From an uncultured Pseudomonadota bacterium (lineage in GTDB: Bacteria > Vulcanimicrobiota > Vulcanimicrobiia > Eremiobacterales > Eremiobacteraceae): a stretch of DNA of 64,000 nt. Shown here in pieces: positions 1-9,808 of this stretch; within the stretch, counting starts at the first letter, position 1; each line of letters opens with the position of its first letter. The notes under the pieces are model-generated. The model searched no databases, was not told where the DNA came from, and saw nothing but the letters and a program-made list of their open reading frames with translations. The position numbers and the translations under genes were made by a program. The stretch spans positions 608,001 through 672,000 of the forward strand of contig CAVTNB010000001.1 of the NCBI GenBank assembly GCA_963736005.1. Direction: 5' to 3'.

Positions 1-5
1 CTCGA

Positions 6-767
6 TTAAAGTTTGGGCACGAGGAGAAAAACAATACCGAGAAGCGCGATCAGCGATCCGCTGAGCACCTCTCCATAACGTTCTAAGGGACCGAGGTCGA
101 GCGCTCGCGCGCCGACGGTTGAGGCAACGCAGAGTACCACGTATGTCACGATCGTTGCAGCCCCAAAAACCAGCGACATAATCCCAAGCAATCCGAGCCC
201 GTAGCGGCTCGCAGCAAAAAAAGCGGGAATGCCTTCAACCATGGGCGAGGAGCCCACGATGAGCAAGAGGGCAGTACGCGAGGAAGTCTTGTGTTCGTGT
301 TCGTGCACCGGGGGGCTCGTCGCGTGAGCGTCAACCTCGTGCCAATCATGTTCGTGATGCAGATGCCAGTGGACGTGCTCGGTGCCTTCGGGATGTCGGT
401 GCAGATGAGAGTGGCCAAAGTGCGCGTGGCCGGGATCGTGGTGCAGCTCCCGCCAGCTGCCGATGGCGATCCACGCGCCAAAAAGAATGAGAGCCAGCGA
501 TGACGCGAGATTAACCGCCTGACCGAACCGCGCAGCAAGCGCCACACCTGCAAACCACACGATCGCCGCAATCACAAGCGTCGAGAGGGTGTGCCCCAAT
601 CCGGCAACGGCGGCGGTGCGAGCTGTTTGCGCCTTGGTCCAGCCTTGTTGCCTGGCCAGCAGTGCAATCGGCGCCCAGTGATCCGGCACGAGCGTGTGAA
701 GTACGCCCACTGCGGCGACGGCGAAAATCAAAAGCGCTGGCGAAAGGGATGCTGGATTTGCGCTCAT
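6..767 (-). CDS. Nickel/cobalt transporter-like membrane protein (NiCoT/RcnA-like) with His-rich loop
   Basis: Multiple TM segments, HTLVPDH and GHTLS motifs in the N-terminal TMs, central His-rich stretch. Confidence 0.75.
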   Translation of the reverse strand: MSANPASLSPALLIFAVAAVGVLHTLVPDHWAPIALLARQQGWTKAQTARTAAVAGLGHTLSTLVIAAIVWFAGVALAARFGQAVNLASSLALILFGAWIAIGSWRELHHDPGHAHFGHSHLHRHPEGTEHVHWHLHHEHDWHEVDAHATSPPVHEHEHKTSSRTALLLIVGSSPMVEGIPAFFAASRYGLGLLGIMSLVFGAATIVTYVVLCVASTVGARALDLGPLERYGEVLSGSLIALLGIVFLLVPKL

Positions 768-785
768 GCGGCCCGCCTAGTTAAA

Positions 786-817
786 TGGCGCAGCGGACCT
801 TGGGGTCCGCCGCACCA
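786..817. repeat. REP-like palindrome, family C
   Basis: GCGGACC-TTGG-GGTCCGC core; related copies at 2740, 11622, 25730. Confidence 0.6.
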
Positions 818-823
818 TTCAAT

Positions 824-848
824 GCGCGAATAAATTCGCGCGACTACA
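824..848. repeat. GTAG-type REP-like palindrome, family A
   Basis: GCGCGAATAAATTCGCGCGACTACA; identical core at 32882. Confidence 0.75.
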
Positions 849-857
849 AGTCCCCTG

Positions 858-1430
858 CTACATGGTCTTGTTGCAGACGGTGTCGACGCTAACCCATCTC
901 CCGCTGCTGCGCTCTTTGAAGGTCGTGTGCGAGGTCAATTTCGTGTCGCTGACCTTTGTGTTGATTAGGGGGGTCACCGCGACGACATCCATACCCGGTT
1001 TGAAAAGGGCGTCGGTCCAGACCATCGTGTTTCCGGTCCACCCCGGTGACGTCGAGGCGTCGTACGCACCGAAGTCGCCGACGTTAATGTCAACCCAACG
1101 CTTTGTGTCAGAGTCCCACGTCACCCAGTCAGTCGCACCGGCCTTCGGAGCCCAGGACGTCTTTGCTGTGGTAGACTTGGTCACCATGAAGTAGCCGGTC
1201 GGATCCATTGTCGTAACCGACGTTGTGATATAAGGACCCGGGCGTCTGGCGCTTTTTGTGCTACACATCCACGTGCCGAGTGAAAAATTCATTGACGAGA
1301 AGTCGGGCTTGCCCGGGGCCGGGATAGGTGTACTCTCAATCTTAGGCGAGCTCGCCGCGAGAGCTATGGTTGTTGCCGCACAAACAACGACTGCCAGCGC
1401 GCCGAACATGTTAAACCATCGAACTGTCAT
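858..1430 (-). CDS. Secreted hypothetical protein (beta-rich, possibly DUF1579-like)
   Basis: Signal peptide, GGAGG RBS, Thr/Trp-rich beta pattern. Confidence 0.65.
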   Translation of the reverse strand: MTVRWFNMFGALAVVVCAATTIALAASSPKIESTPIPAPGKPDFSSMNFSLGTWMCSTKSARRPGPYITTSVTTMDPTGYFMVTKSTTAKTSWAPKAGATDWVTWDSDTKRWVDINVGDFGAYDASTSPGWTGNTMVWTDALFKPGMDVVAVTPLINTKVSDTKLTSHTTFKERSSGRWVSVDTVCNKTM

Positions 1431-1500
1431 TCATTCCTCCTTGTAGGGGATGGTTCGAGACACTAGTCTTCAGTTTCGGTTGGCTGGCGCCCTACCAAGC

Positions 1501-2130
1501 TCACCACTTTGGCTTGCGGTAGCCAAGCAGTCCCGCGTGCACACCCAGCCGATCGATGCGGTAAAGTCGATCGACCTGCGATTTGGTCAAGAGTTTTTTG
1601 TGAGGCATCTCGAGCAGGTACTCGGGGATGTACCATACCGGTTTTTCGGATGCCATCCAGTTGCGCCGGTCGAAGCGGGCGAGATTCACCGGGCGCGAGT
1701 AGCGGCGCAGCGTGCGTTCGCCCAGGTCGTTGAAGTAGTCGTCGAAGTACGACATGGCAAGTTCGCGCAGTGTGCGATAGATTGGCATGCGGTCGCGCAA
1801 TCCCGTGAAGTGAGATTTCGCTATCGCACCCCAGTATCCGCGCACCCGGTAGAGTGCTAGGACATGGTCGGTGTCGCGGTTAGCTTCCAGATCGAAGACA
1901 AGTGGCGGATAGCCGATCGCGCGCAATGCTGCAGCAGCGAGCAACGCTCCCTCCAAGCAGTGCGCGGTTTGCTCTTGCAAGACTCGCCTTGGCGACCACG
2001 CGGTGTCCGCTTTGTGATACGAAAACGAATCGAGCAGGCGTTGAATACCTTTGGGAGTGCGAAGACGCTCGAGCATTCGCCACTCTCTTTTTGAGAAACC
2101 AAAAGCTCCATTGCCTGGCTCGAGCTTCAT
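1501..2130 (-). CDS. Conserved hypothetical protein with transglutaminase-like Cys-His motifs
   Basis: AHCLEGALLAAA and DHVLALY motifs; ATG at 2130 overlaps the upstream stop (ATGA). Confidence 0.7.
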   Translation of the reverse strand: MKLEPGNGAFGFSKREWRMLERLRTPKGIQRLLDSFSYHKADTAWSPRRVLQEQTAHCLEGALLAAAALRAIGYPPLVFDLEANRDTDHVLALYRVRGYWGAIAKSHFTGLRDRMPIYRTLRELAMSYFDDYFNDLGERTLRRYSRPVNLARFDRRNWMASEKPVWYIPEYLLEMPHKKLLTKSQVDRLYRIDRLGVHAGLLGYRKPKW

Positions 2131-2807
2131 GGATTTGCCGTCATGACGAGCCATTCGCCGCCCGCGTCGCTCGTGCGACCGCGCTCGACGAATCCATTGT
2201 CGCGATACGCTGCAATGGCAGCAAGATTGTCCGGACGAACTTCTAATCGCACTTCGGGTGCTTTGCGCTGCGCGAGATAGAGGAGGCCCGCGCGGACGAG
2301 AGCTTTGGCGACACCTTTCCCGCGCGCCGCAGGTGAGACGGCAATGTTGAGCAGCTGCGCATCGCCCGCGGTACGAAAGCGTGCTGCGCCGCCGACGAAC
2401 AGCACTTTGTTCCACAAAAGTCTTCCTACGTGGAACCAGCGGATACCGTAGCGACCGCTCAGTGCTCGGGCAGCCCAAACAAGAAGTTTTCCTTCTTGTA
2501 GAGCACGTCGCTGAAGCGTCTTGATGGAATGTGTGAAGATTGCGTAACCAACCAGATCCGCGCCGCTGCGGGCGGCGAGGAAACCACCTGGTTCTACGGT
2601 GCGGACAAACGTCCAGACGTCTCGCATAGCATCTGGTTTTGGTTCGGTCCCATAGATGAGCCGCACATTATCGCGGAAGGCATTGAGGAAAATGTGCACG
2701 GCAGCATCGATTTCGGCCTGTTCGATCGGACTAACGACAAGCGGACCTACAGGTCCGCTGCTGCATTGGCTGGCCGTCAAAATAAGAGCCCCCTCGACTG
2801 GACCCAA
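2127..2807 (-). CDS. GNAT family N-acetyltransferase (RimI-like C-terminus)
   Basis: IAVSPAARGKGVA acetyl-CoA motif, LEVRPDN..A..AY...GF; start uncertain. Confidence 0.85.
   Translation of the reverse strand: MGPVEGALILTASQCSSGPVGPLVVSPIEQAEIDAAVHIFLNAFRDNVRLIYGTEPKPDAMRDVWTFVRTVEPGGFLAARSGADLVGYAIFTHSIKTLQRRALQEGKLLVWAARALSGRYGIRWFHVGRLLWNKVLFVGGAARFRTAGDAQLLNIAVSPAARGKGVAKALVRAGLLYLAQRKAPEVRLEVRPDNLAAIAAYRDNGFVERGRTSDAGGEWLVMTANP
2740..2765. repeat. REP-like palindrome, family C
   Basis: AGCGGACCT-AC-AGGTCCGCT-GCTGCA. Confidence 0.55.
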
Positions 2808-2856
2808 CGCTGGGGCACGTCCGAGGAGGCCGAAAAGATGGCGCTAGAGCCTTGCG

Positions 2857-3147
2857 TTATTTCTTCTTAGCACCCTTTTGCACGGCTTCGCGCAAGTCTT
2901 TACCAGGATGAAACGCGGGAACGCTGCGGGCCGCGATCATGAGCTTCTCGCCCGTCTTGGGGTTGCGCCCTTCGCGAGCTTTGCGCTTCCGAACCTCGAA
3001 GCTGCCAAATGGAATGAGCTGCACTTTCTCGCCTTTCGCTAGTGCGCCTTTGATGCTCTCAAGAGTATTGTCGACAACGTCTGCGACATCGCGGCGCGGC
3101 AACTCTGTCTTGCTTGTTATCTCTTCGATCAGCTCGGCCTTGGTCAT
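2857..3147 (-). CDS. hup: DNA-binding protein HU
   Basis: MTKAELI...FGSFEV...REGRNPKTGE signature. Confidence 0.95.
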   Translation of the reverse strand: MTKAELIEEITSKTELPRRDVADVVDNTLESIKGALAKGEKVQLIPFGSFEVRKRKAREGRNPKTGEKLMIAARSVPAFHPGKDLREAVQKGAKKK

Positions 3148-3281
3148 CGGTCACCTCTCTATTACTTCAGCAAAATAACGCGCGAATGTTCGCGCTCGTT
3201 ACAGGAGCGTTCGCGCGACGATTGCCTGCTCCGGCACAACCTGTTAGCGGACTGCACCTTGATTCCTCCCGTTTTTGCCTC

Positions 3282-3743
3282 TCAATCCCTTATTTCATCG
3301 AGCATTGCGACAGCCGAGCGCAGTGCGAGGAGATATGAGCGGGCGCCAAAACCAAACACACCTCCATTGACGACCGGCGCGATGACGGAACGGCGGCGGA
3401 ACAACTCACGCGCATAGATGTTCGTGAGGTGGATTTCTATTTTCGGCACGCTGACTGTGGCGAGCGCGTCGCGGAGGGCATACGAGTAGTGCGAGTAAGC
3501 ACCCGGATTGATGATGATGGCACGATGCGCCCGTGCCGCAGCATGGATTGCGTCGATGAGAGCGCCCTCTGAAGAGTGTTGCGCAATTGAAATATCGCAG
3601 CCGAGCTCGCGCGCGAGCTTTCGGAGGCTGGAATTGATTTCCTCAAGCGTGGTTGTGCCGTAGACCTGCGGCTCGCGCTTGCCGAGCATGTTGAGGTTGG
3701 GGCCGTGAAGGATCGCGACGGCTTTGCGGTTTCGTTTCTTCAT
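3282..3743 (-). CDS. aroQ: Type II 3-dehydroquinate dehydratase
   Basis: HGPNLNMLGKREP..YG, NPGAYSHYS, EIHLTN motifs. Confidence 0.95.
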   Translation of the reverse strand: MKKRNRKAVAILHGPNLNMLGKREPQVYGTTTLEEINSSLRKLARELGCDISIAQHSSEGALIDAIHAAARAHRAIIINPGAYSHYSYALRDALATVSVPKIEIHLTNIYARELFRRRSVIAPVVNGGVFGFGARSYLLALRSAVAMLDEIRD

Positions 3744-3827
3744 GATTTGGCTTGCCTGCTTGCTCCTCGCCTTCGCCTCATTTGGAGCAGCGGACCTTTG
3801 GGGTGGCTCCAGAATTGTCATGCACAA

Positions 3828-4718
3828 ATGAACAAGGACTACAGCGCCTCAGCGCTGGCCGCGGGTGACAGCGTTCGCATCGTCGCGGCGAGGACCACCG
3901 TTTTGGTATCCGAAGCACAGGCGCGGCACGATTGTTCACCTAGTGTCACAGCCGCCCTCGGACGGCTCTTGACCGGTGCGGCGCTGATGGGGACGCTGCT
4001 TTCGGGGCGTGAACGGATAACGCTGCAAGTGGCAGGCGACGGACCGGTACGCGGGCTGGTCGCGGACGTCACCACCGGCGGGCGCGTGCGCGGATATCCC
4101 CTGCGACCACGCGCCGAGATCCCGCTCAATGCTCGCGGTAAGTTTGACGTGGCTGGGCTCGTTGGTCGAGGGTCCTTACACGTCACCCGTACGTTCGATA
4201 CCGGGCTCCCGTACACGAGCGCTGTGCCGCTCGCAAGCGGCGAGGTCGGCGATGATCTTGCGCATTACTTCGTCCACTCGGAGCAGCTGCCGTCGGTGGT
4301 GGCGGTCGGCGTCCTCGCCAATCCGCAGGGAGTCGCAGCTGCAGGCGGTTTTTTTGCGCACCTGCTTCCAGGAGCGAATGAGGGAACGATTGGTCTCTTA
4401 GAAGAGACGGTTGCCCAGTTGCCCCACCCAAGCTCCATGATTCGAGAAGGCCTTCTCCCGGAAGACATCATCGCACGGGTGGGTCAAGATTTGGCTCCTC
4501 GGGTCACGCATGTGGCTCCTGTGAATTTCACTTGTTCGTGTAACCGCGAGCGCGTCACGCAGGTGCTGGTTGGTTTGGGTCCCGCCGAGCTTGCGCAGAT
4601 GGCCAACGCAGAAACGGACACAGAGGTAACCTGCGATTTTTGCGGGCAGCGATATCACTTCGCGCCGCAAGAGATTGGGGAGTTGCTCGAATCGGCTCGT
4701 CAGCGTTCCTACCCTTAA
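3828..4718 (+). CDS. hslO: Hsp33 redox-regulated chaperone
   Basis: ALGRLLT, SEQLPS, CxC...CxxC zinc motif. Confidence 0.93.
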   Translation: MNKDYSASALAAGDSVRIVAARTTVLVSEAQARHDCSPSVTAALGRLLTGAALMGTLLSGRERITLQVAGDGPVRGLVADVTTGGRVRGYPLRPRAEIPLNARGKFDVAGLVGRGSLHVTRTFDTGLPYTSAVPLASGEVGDDLAHYFVHSEQLPSVVAVGVLANPQGVAAAGGFFAHLLPGANEGTIGLLEETVAQLPHPSSMIREGLLPEDIIARVGQDLAPRVTHVAPVNFTCSCNRERVTQVLVGLGPAELAQMANAETDTEVTCDFCGQRYHFAPQEIGELLESARQRSYP

Positions 4719-5950
4719 GGGCTCACAATGCGGACGAATTGATGATTGCCCTTTTGTAGAACTTTGCCATGCCAAGATTGCTCCACATGTTTCGCATCAC
4801 TGGCACGCCCGCCGTTAATTTTGATGGCGCCCTGTTCGACCAGACGTTGCGCCTCTCGATTCGATGCGGCCCAACCCACGAGGACGAGCAATTTGCCCAA
4901 AGTTAGGGTCGAGCCGTCCGCCTTCAATTGATATGCGGCGATATCATCAGGCAATTCCTTGCGGACGACCGTCTTCTCAAAGTGCTCCAAGGCGCTTTTC
5001 GCAGCTGCGCTGCCGTGATAGAGCGCGACGATTTCGCCGGAAAGTTTGATTTTGGCGTGGCGCGGTGTCAGGGCTCCGCGCGCCAGTTCCGCTTCTATGC
5101 GATCGCAATCTGCGGCTGAAAGCGTCGTCGCCAAGCGAAAATACCTGACGATCAGGGCATCCGGAATGGACATCACCTTGCCAAACATCTGTGCCGGCTC
5201 ATCCCGCAGGGCAATGAAATTATTGAGACTCTTTCCCATGCGAGCAACGCCGTCTGTGCCTTCGAGGATTGGCAGCGTCATGCAGACCTGCGGTTGTTGC
5301 CCAAACTCTTCTTGCAAACGGCGACCGACCATGAGATTAAAAAGTTGTTCGCTGCCGCCGAGCTCGACGTCGGCCTTGATAGCAACCGAATCATAGCCTT
5401 GACTCAAGGGATAGAGAAATTCGTGCAACCCAATGGGGGAGCCGGCATCAAAGCGCTTCGTAAAGTCATCGCGCTCGAGCATTCGCGCGACGGTTATCTT
5501 GCTTGAAAGCCCGATAACGTCCGCAAAAGACATCGGCGCCAACCACTCGCTGTTGTATTTTATTGTGGTGCGTTCGATATCCAAAATAAGGGCGGCTTGA
5601 TCGGCGTACGAGCGCATGTCACTGCGAATCTCTTCAATGCTGCGCGGCTTTCGTGCGCTTGAGAGGCCGGTTGGGTCCCCTATTTGTGCAGTAAAATCCC
5701 CCACAATGAGCACCGCTTGATGCCCAGCGTCTTGAAAGTCACGCAGCTTGCGCAGTGCCACCGCGTGACCTAGATGAAGCAGAGGGCCAGATGGGTCGAT
5801 CCCAAGTTTCACCCGCAGAGGGTGGTCAAGCCGCGCGGCAAGCTCGTCAGCCGAAATAACGTCGACACAGCGTTCGACGAGTTTCTCTAGTTGTTCGGTT
5901 GCGTTCTTTGCCATTGCCTCTGGTTTTCGGGGCGACTTGACAGCCGCCAA
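4715..5950 (-). CDS. tyrS: Tyrosine--tRNA ligase
   Basis: KLGIDP, HLGH, GDFTAQIGDPTG, RMGKS, C-terminal S4 domain. Confidence 0.96.
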   Translation of the reverse strand: MAAVKSPRKPEAMAKNATEQLEKLVERCVDVISADELAARLDHPLRVKLGIDPSGPLLHLGHAVALRKLRDFQDAGHQAVLIVGDFTAQIGDPTGLSSARKPRSIEEIRSDMRSYADQAALILDIERTTIKYNSEWLAPMSFADVIGLSSKITVARMLERDDFTKRFDAGSPIGLHEFLYPLSQGYDSVAIKADVELGGSEQLFNLMVGRRLQEEFGQQPQVCMTLPILEGTDGVARMGKSLNNFIALRDEPAQMFGKVMSIPDALIVRYFRLATTLSAADCDRIEAELARGALTPRHAKIKLSGEIVALYHGSAAAKSALEHFEKTVVRKELPDDIAAYQLKADGSTLTLGKLLVLVGWAASNREAQRLVEQGAIKINGGRASDAKHVEQSWHGKVLQKGNHQFVRIVSP

Positions 5951-5964
5951 CTACATTTACGTTC

Positions 5965-8376
5965 TTACACGAGCCGGACAATCGTGATCCCGGTGCCGCC
6001 CTCCCGCTCTGGAGCATGCGACACCGACTCTACCTGGGGATGTTCGTCCAAAAACTCTCGGATTCCGCGAGCGAGACGGCCCGTACCTTTTCCGTGCAGA
6101 ATTCGCAGCTCGCTCAAACCGCCAAGCACTGCGTTGTCAAGTGCTTTGTCGATCAGCGGCCACGCTTCGTCCACTCGCATCCCGCGGACGTCGACCGATG
6201 GTGAAGTATCGGACCGGATCTGAAGGTGCGCCGGCACGTCCCCTGTGCGCGCGTGGGTGGAGCGAGGACGACTGGGGCGGACTGCGACATCCGCTGCTTT
6301 GGCGGAGTGAAGGCCGCTGGCGCGCTTGACGACGTCGCTCGTTGAAACGAGCATCTTGAGATTTCCGATTGCGACGAGCAATTCGCGCTCGTACACTTCT
6401 GCGACAATCCCCGTGGCATCAAAACTCTTCACATAGATCTCGTCGCCTGAGTGAAACGATGCCGTCCGGCTACCGTGCTCTGACGTCTCAAGTCCGAGGC
6501 TACGGCGCATCTCTTGCAGCGTCTGCTCGAGGAGACGCCCACTTGAGGGCAGCGGTTTGCTTGCCTGTCGGGCAGCGGTTGCGGAACGATGCTCCGCTTG
6601 TTGGGTCAGCGTTTGACGCACGTCTTCGATGGCACGGGTAAGCTCTGCGGTCGCGCGCCGCTCGAAAGCATCTTTCTCCTGTTCCAAGGCCGCGATTCGC
6701 TGACGCATGGTTTGCTCCGCGCGCTGCGACCGGCTCTGCTGTTCTTCGAGCTCGGCTTGCATTTGTTTGAGCTTATCGCGCTCTTGCGCAAGCCGCTCGA
6801 AGGTTCGCTCGAGATTTTGCGCGTCGATACCGACCAGCGTTTCAGCCCGCGCGATCGTCTTGGGATCCAGCGCCAGCGAGCGGGCAAGCGCAAACGCAAG
6901 CGACTGACCGGGAACCCCGAGCGCAAAGACATAGGTGGGTTGGTAGGTTACCGGATCGAAGAGCATGGAGGCATTGCGCACTCGGTCGTGAGTCGCTGCG
7001 AACGTTTTGAGCTGCGTGAAGTGCGTGGTAACCGCGACCTTTGCCCCCAACCGAATCAGCGCTTCGATGAACGCTTGCGCCAAAGCCGCGCCGGCTCCAG
7101 GTTCGGTGCCACTCCCGATTTCATCGACCAGCACGAGGGTCTTTGCATTCGCGCCACTGGCAGCTGCCTTGAGCGCTTGCAGATGCGCAGAGAACGAAGA
7201 AAGATCTTGGGCAATGGACTGCTCGTCACCAATCACGCAGTCGATCCTGGTAAATTCGCCCACGGTGCTCGTGGCGCTCGCCGTGATGGGGATGCCAGCG
7301 TAGGCAAGCAGACACAGCAGACCTGCGGTTTTGAGGACAACGGTCTTTCCACCCATGTTTGGGCCCGAGATCACGACCGCGTCGAATGACTCTCCGATTT
7401 CGAAATCCAAGGGCACCGCCTCGCGGCGAAGCAATGGATGGCGGCCGTGCACGATGCGCAGCACCGGCTCGCTCGTCAATGTCGGCGCCCCCGCATTGCG
7501 GGCTATGCCGAAGCGCGCGCGTGCGCCCGCCGAATCAAGACGCCCGAGTAGCAGCACGTTTGCAAGCGCTTCTTCTTCCTTACGCGCGACCAAGGCGGAG
7601 AGTTCGGCCAGGATGCGCGCGATCTCGCGCTCTTCGTCCGCTTCGAGCGTTCGTAAGCGGTTGTTTGCCTCGACCGACGCGAGTGGTTCCATGAACACCG
7701 TAGCGCCAGATGCCGATTGGTCGAGGACCACGCCCGGAAAGTGCGCGGCGTGTTCGCTGCGCACGGGCATGACATAGCGGCCGGACCGAACAGTGACGAT
7801 CGGCTCTGAGAGCAGTTTGCCCAGCTCGACACTGGCGACGATCGAGCGACACCGATCCCGCACTCGCTCCCCCAACTCGCGATGTTGACGACGAATGCTT
7901 GCGAGTTTTGACGAGGCATCGTCACTGACTCGCCCCTCTTCTTCTATGGAGCGATCGATTGCAGTGATGAGCTCGTCAGTGTTGCGCCTGCCGCTCGCGA
8001 GCGCTCGCAACGGACCGGAAGGCCGCTTGTCTCGTCCGATGCTTGCGACCGCGGTGCGAAGCTTTCGCTCAGTGTCAGCAAACTGGCGCAAGTCCATGGG
8101 GGAGAGCGAGGCTCCCAGTTTTGCTTGTTCGATGGAGGCTAGCGTGTCGATCGCGCCGCCGAAACTGAAGTCGCCGCCTGCCATAAAAAACCCGGTTGTA
8201 TCTTCGACGAGGGCTTGTTCCGCCTGCGCCCACGCGCGCTCACCCAATCGAGGAACGAGCGATAAGACGACCGAGCTTCCCACAACGCAGCTGCAGAGTC
8301 GAGCAATCTCTTCAATGACGGCGGAAAATTCGAGCGCGCGAAGGGCGGCGGCATCGACGCCACCGTCGTGTGTCAT
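5965..8376 (-). CDS. mutS2: Endonuclease MutS2
   Basis: GPNMGGKT Walker A, DEIGSGT, C-terminal Smr domain (HGKGTG). Confidence 0.93.
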   Translation of the reverse strand: MTHDGGVDAAALRALEFSAVIEEIARLCSCVVGSSVVLSLVPRLGERAWAQAEQALVEDTTGFFMAGGDFSFGGAIDTLASIEQAKLGASLSPMDLRQFADTERKLRTAVASIGRDKRPSGPLRALASGRRNTDELITAIDRSIEEEGRVSDDASSKLASIRRQHRELGERVRDRCRSIVASVELGKLLSEPIVTVRSGRYVMPVRSEHAAHFPGVVLDQSASGATVFMEPLASVEANNRLRTLEADEEREIARILAELSALVARKEEEALANVLLLGRLDSAGARARFGIARNAGAPTLTSEPVLRIVHGRHPLLRREAVPLDFEIGESFDAVVISGPNMGGKTVVLKTAGLLCLLAYAGIPITASATSTVGEFTRIDCVIGDEQSIAQDLSSFSAHLQALKAAASGANAKTLVLVDEIGSGTEPGAGAALAQAFIEALIRLGAKVAVTTHFTQLKTFAATHDRVRNASMLFDPVTYQPTYVFALGVPGQSLAFALARSLALDPKTIARAETLVGIDAQNLERTFERLAQERDKLKQMQAELEEQQSRSQRAEQTMRQRIAALEQEKDAFERRATAELTRAIEDVRQTLTQQAEHRSATAARQASKPLPSSGRLLEQTLQEMRRSLGLETSEHGSRTASFHSGDEIYVKSFDATGIVAEVYERELLVAIGNLKMLVSTSDVVKRASGLHSAKAADVAVRPSRPRSTHARTGDVPAHLQIRSDTSPSVDVRGMRVDEAWPLIDKALDNAVLGGLSELRILHGKGTGRLARGIREFLDEHPQVESVSHAPEREGGTGITIVRLV

Positions 8377-8377
8377 C

Positions 8378-9808
8378 TCACCCTAACCGTTTTTGAAGCG
8401 TGGAGCGCACGAGCTCAATGTTCGCTTTGCCTCGGCTCGCCTTCATAACTTGTCCAACCAGGAACTCGAGCGCTTTGGTCTTGCCGGACTTATACGAAGC
8501 GACCGAATCCGCGTTGGCGGCGACAACATCATCAACGAACTGGGCGATGGCCCCCTCGTCTGAAACCTGCGACAAGCCGCGCTCTGCAATGATTGCTTGA
8601 GGATCCTTGCCCTCCACCACGATGACCTCGCATACTTCCTTCGCGGCTTTGCCCGAAACGCCGCCGGTCTTGACCAGGTGGATGAGCGCTGCCAGCTGCG
8701 CCGGCTTCATGGGAGATGTCGCAAGCGTGAGGCCGTGTTTCTCGAGCGCGCGTGGCACATCGTTGAGCATCCAATTCGCTGCTGCTTTTGGCTCGTCCGA
8801 CGCCGCGACAACCGCTTCGAAAAATTTCGCCGTGCGCGAGTCCTCGGTCAGAATCGCGGCATCGTACTCCCCGAGTCCATAGCGCGCTGCGAAGCGCTCG
8901 CGCTTGGCCAGCGGGAGCTCGGGCAACTCGCCTCGCCATCGATCGATCGTGACCTGCTCGAGGGCGAGGGGCACGAGGTCGGGATCTGGGAAATAGCGAT
9001 AGTCGTGGGCTTGCTCTTTTGACCGCGTCGAGTAGGTCAGCTTGCGGCCTTCATCCCAGTTGCGGGTTTCTTGCACGATGCGCTCGCCTTTGCGCAGTGC
9101 GGCCTCTTGGCGCTCGATTTCATACCGCAGGGCACTGACGACCGAGCGAAATGAGTTCATGTTCTTGACTTCCGCCTTCGTGCCAAGCGCCGTCGAACCC
9201 ACGGGCCGGATCGATACGTTTGCATCGCAGCGCAGCGAGCCTTCGTGCATTTTGACATCCGAAACCCCGAGATAGGAAAGAACAGCCTTGAGCTGCACGA
9301 GGTAAGCTTCAGCCTCTTCGGGGGATGCGATGTCGGGCTCGGTCACGATCTCCATGAGCGGCACGCCGGCGCGGTTATAGTCAATGAGCGTGTACTCAGC
9401 GCCCGCCATCCGGCCGCCGGCGTGGACATTCTTGCCGGTATCCTCTTCCAGGTGAATGCGATTGAGACGGATGACCTTACCGGAAGGCAACGTGACGACG
9501 CCACCGGTCGTCAAGGGCATGTCATACTGAGAAATCTGATAATTCTTGGGCATGTCGGGATAGAAGTAGTTCTTGCGATCGAACTTCGAGTGCGACGCAA
9601 TCGAACAACCAAGAGCGATGCCGGTCTTGCACAGGTACTCGACGGCTCGGGCGTTGATGACCGGCAGCGTTCCCGGCATTCCTAGGCAAATAGGACACAC
9701 AAGGGTATTCGGCTCAGCGCCAAACTCATTGCGGCAGCCGCAGAACATCTTGCTCTTGGTCGAGAGCTCGGCGTGCACTTCTAGGCCTATGACCGGTTCG
9801 TAACGCAT
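8378..9808 (-). CDS. gatB: Asp/Glu-tRNA amidotransferase subunit B
   Basis: YEPVIGLEVH, DRKNYFYPD, GSLRCDANVS; alternative GTG start at 9838. Confidence 0.96.
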   Translation of the reverse strand: MRYEPVIGLEVHAELSTKSKMFCGCRNEFGAEPNTLVCPICLGMPGTLPVINARAVEYLCKTGIALGCSIASHSKFDRKNYFYPDMPKNYQISQYDMPLTTGGVVTLPSGKVIRLNRIHLEEDTGKNVHAGGRMAGAEYTLIDYNRAGVPLMEIVTEPDIASPEEAEAYLVQLKAVLSYLGVSDVKMHEGSLRCDANVSIRPVGSTALGTKAEVKNMNSFRSVVSALRYEIERQEAALRKGERIVQETRNWDEGRKLTYSTRSKEQAHDYRYFPDPDLVPLALEQVTIDRWRGELPELPLAKRERFAARYGLGEYDAAILTEDSRTAKFFEAVVAASDEPKAAANWMLNDVPRALEKHGLTLATSPMKPAQLAALIHLVKTGGVSGKAAKEVCEVIVVEGKDPQAIIAERGLSQVSDEGAIAQFVDDVVAANADSVASYKSGKTKALEFLVGQVMKASRGKANIELVRSTLQKRLG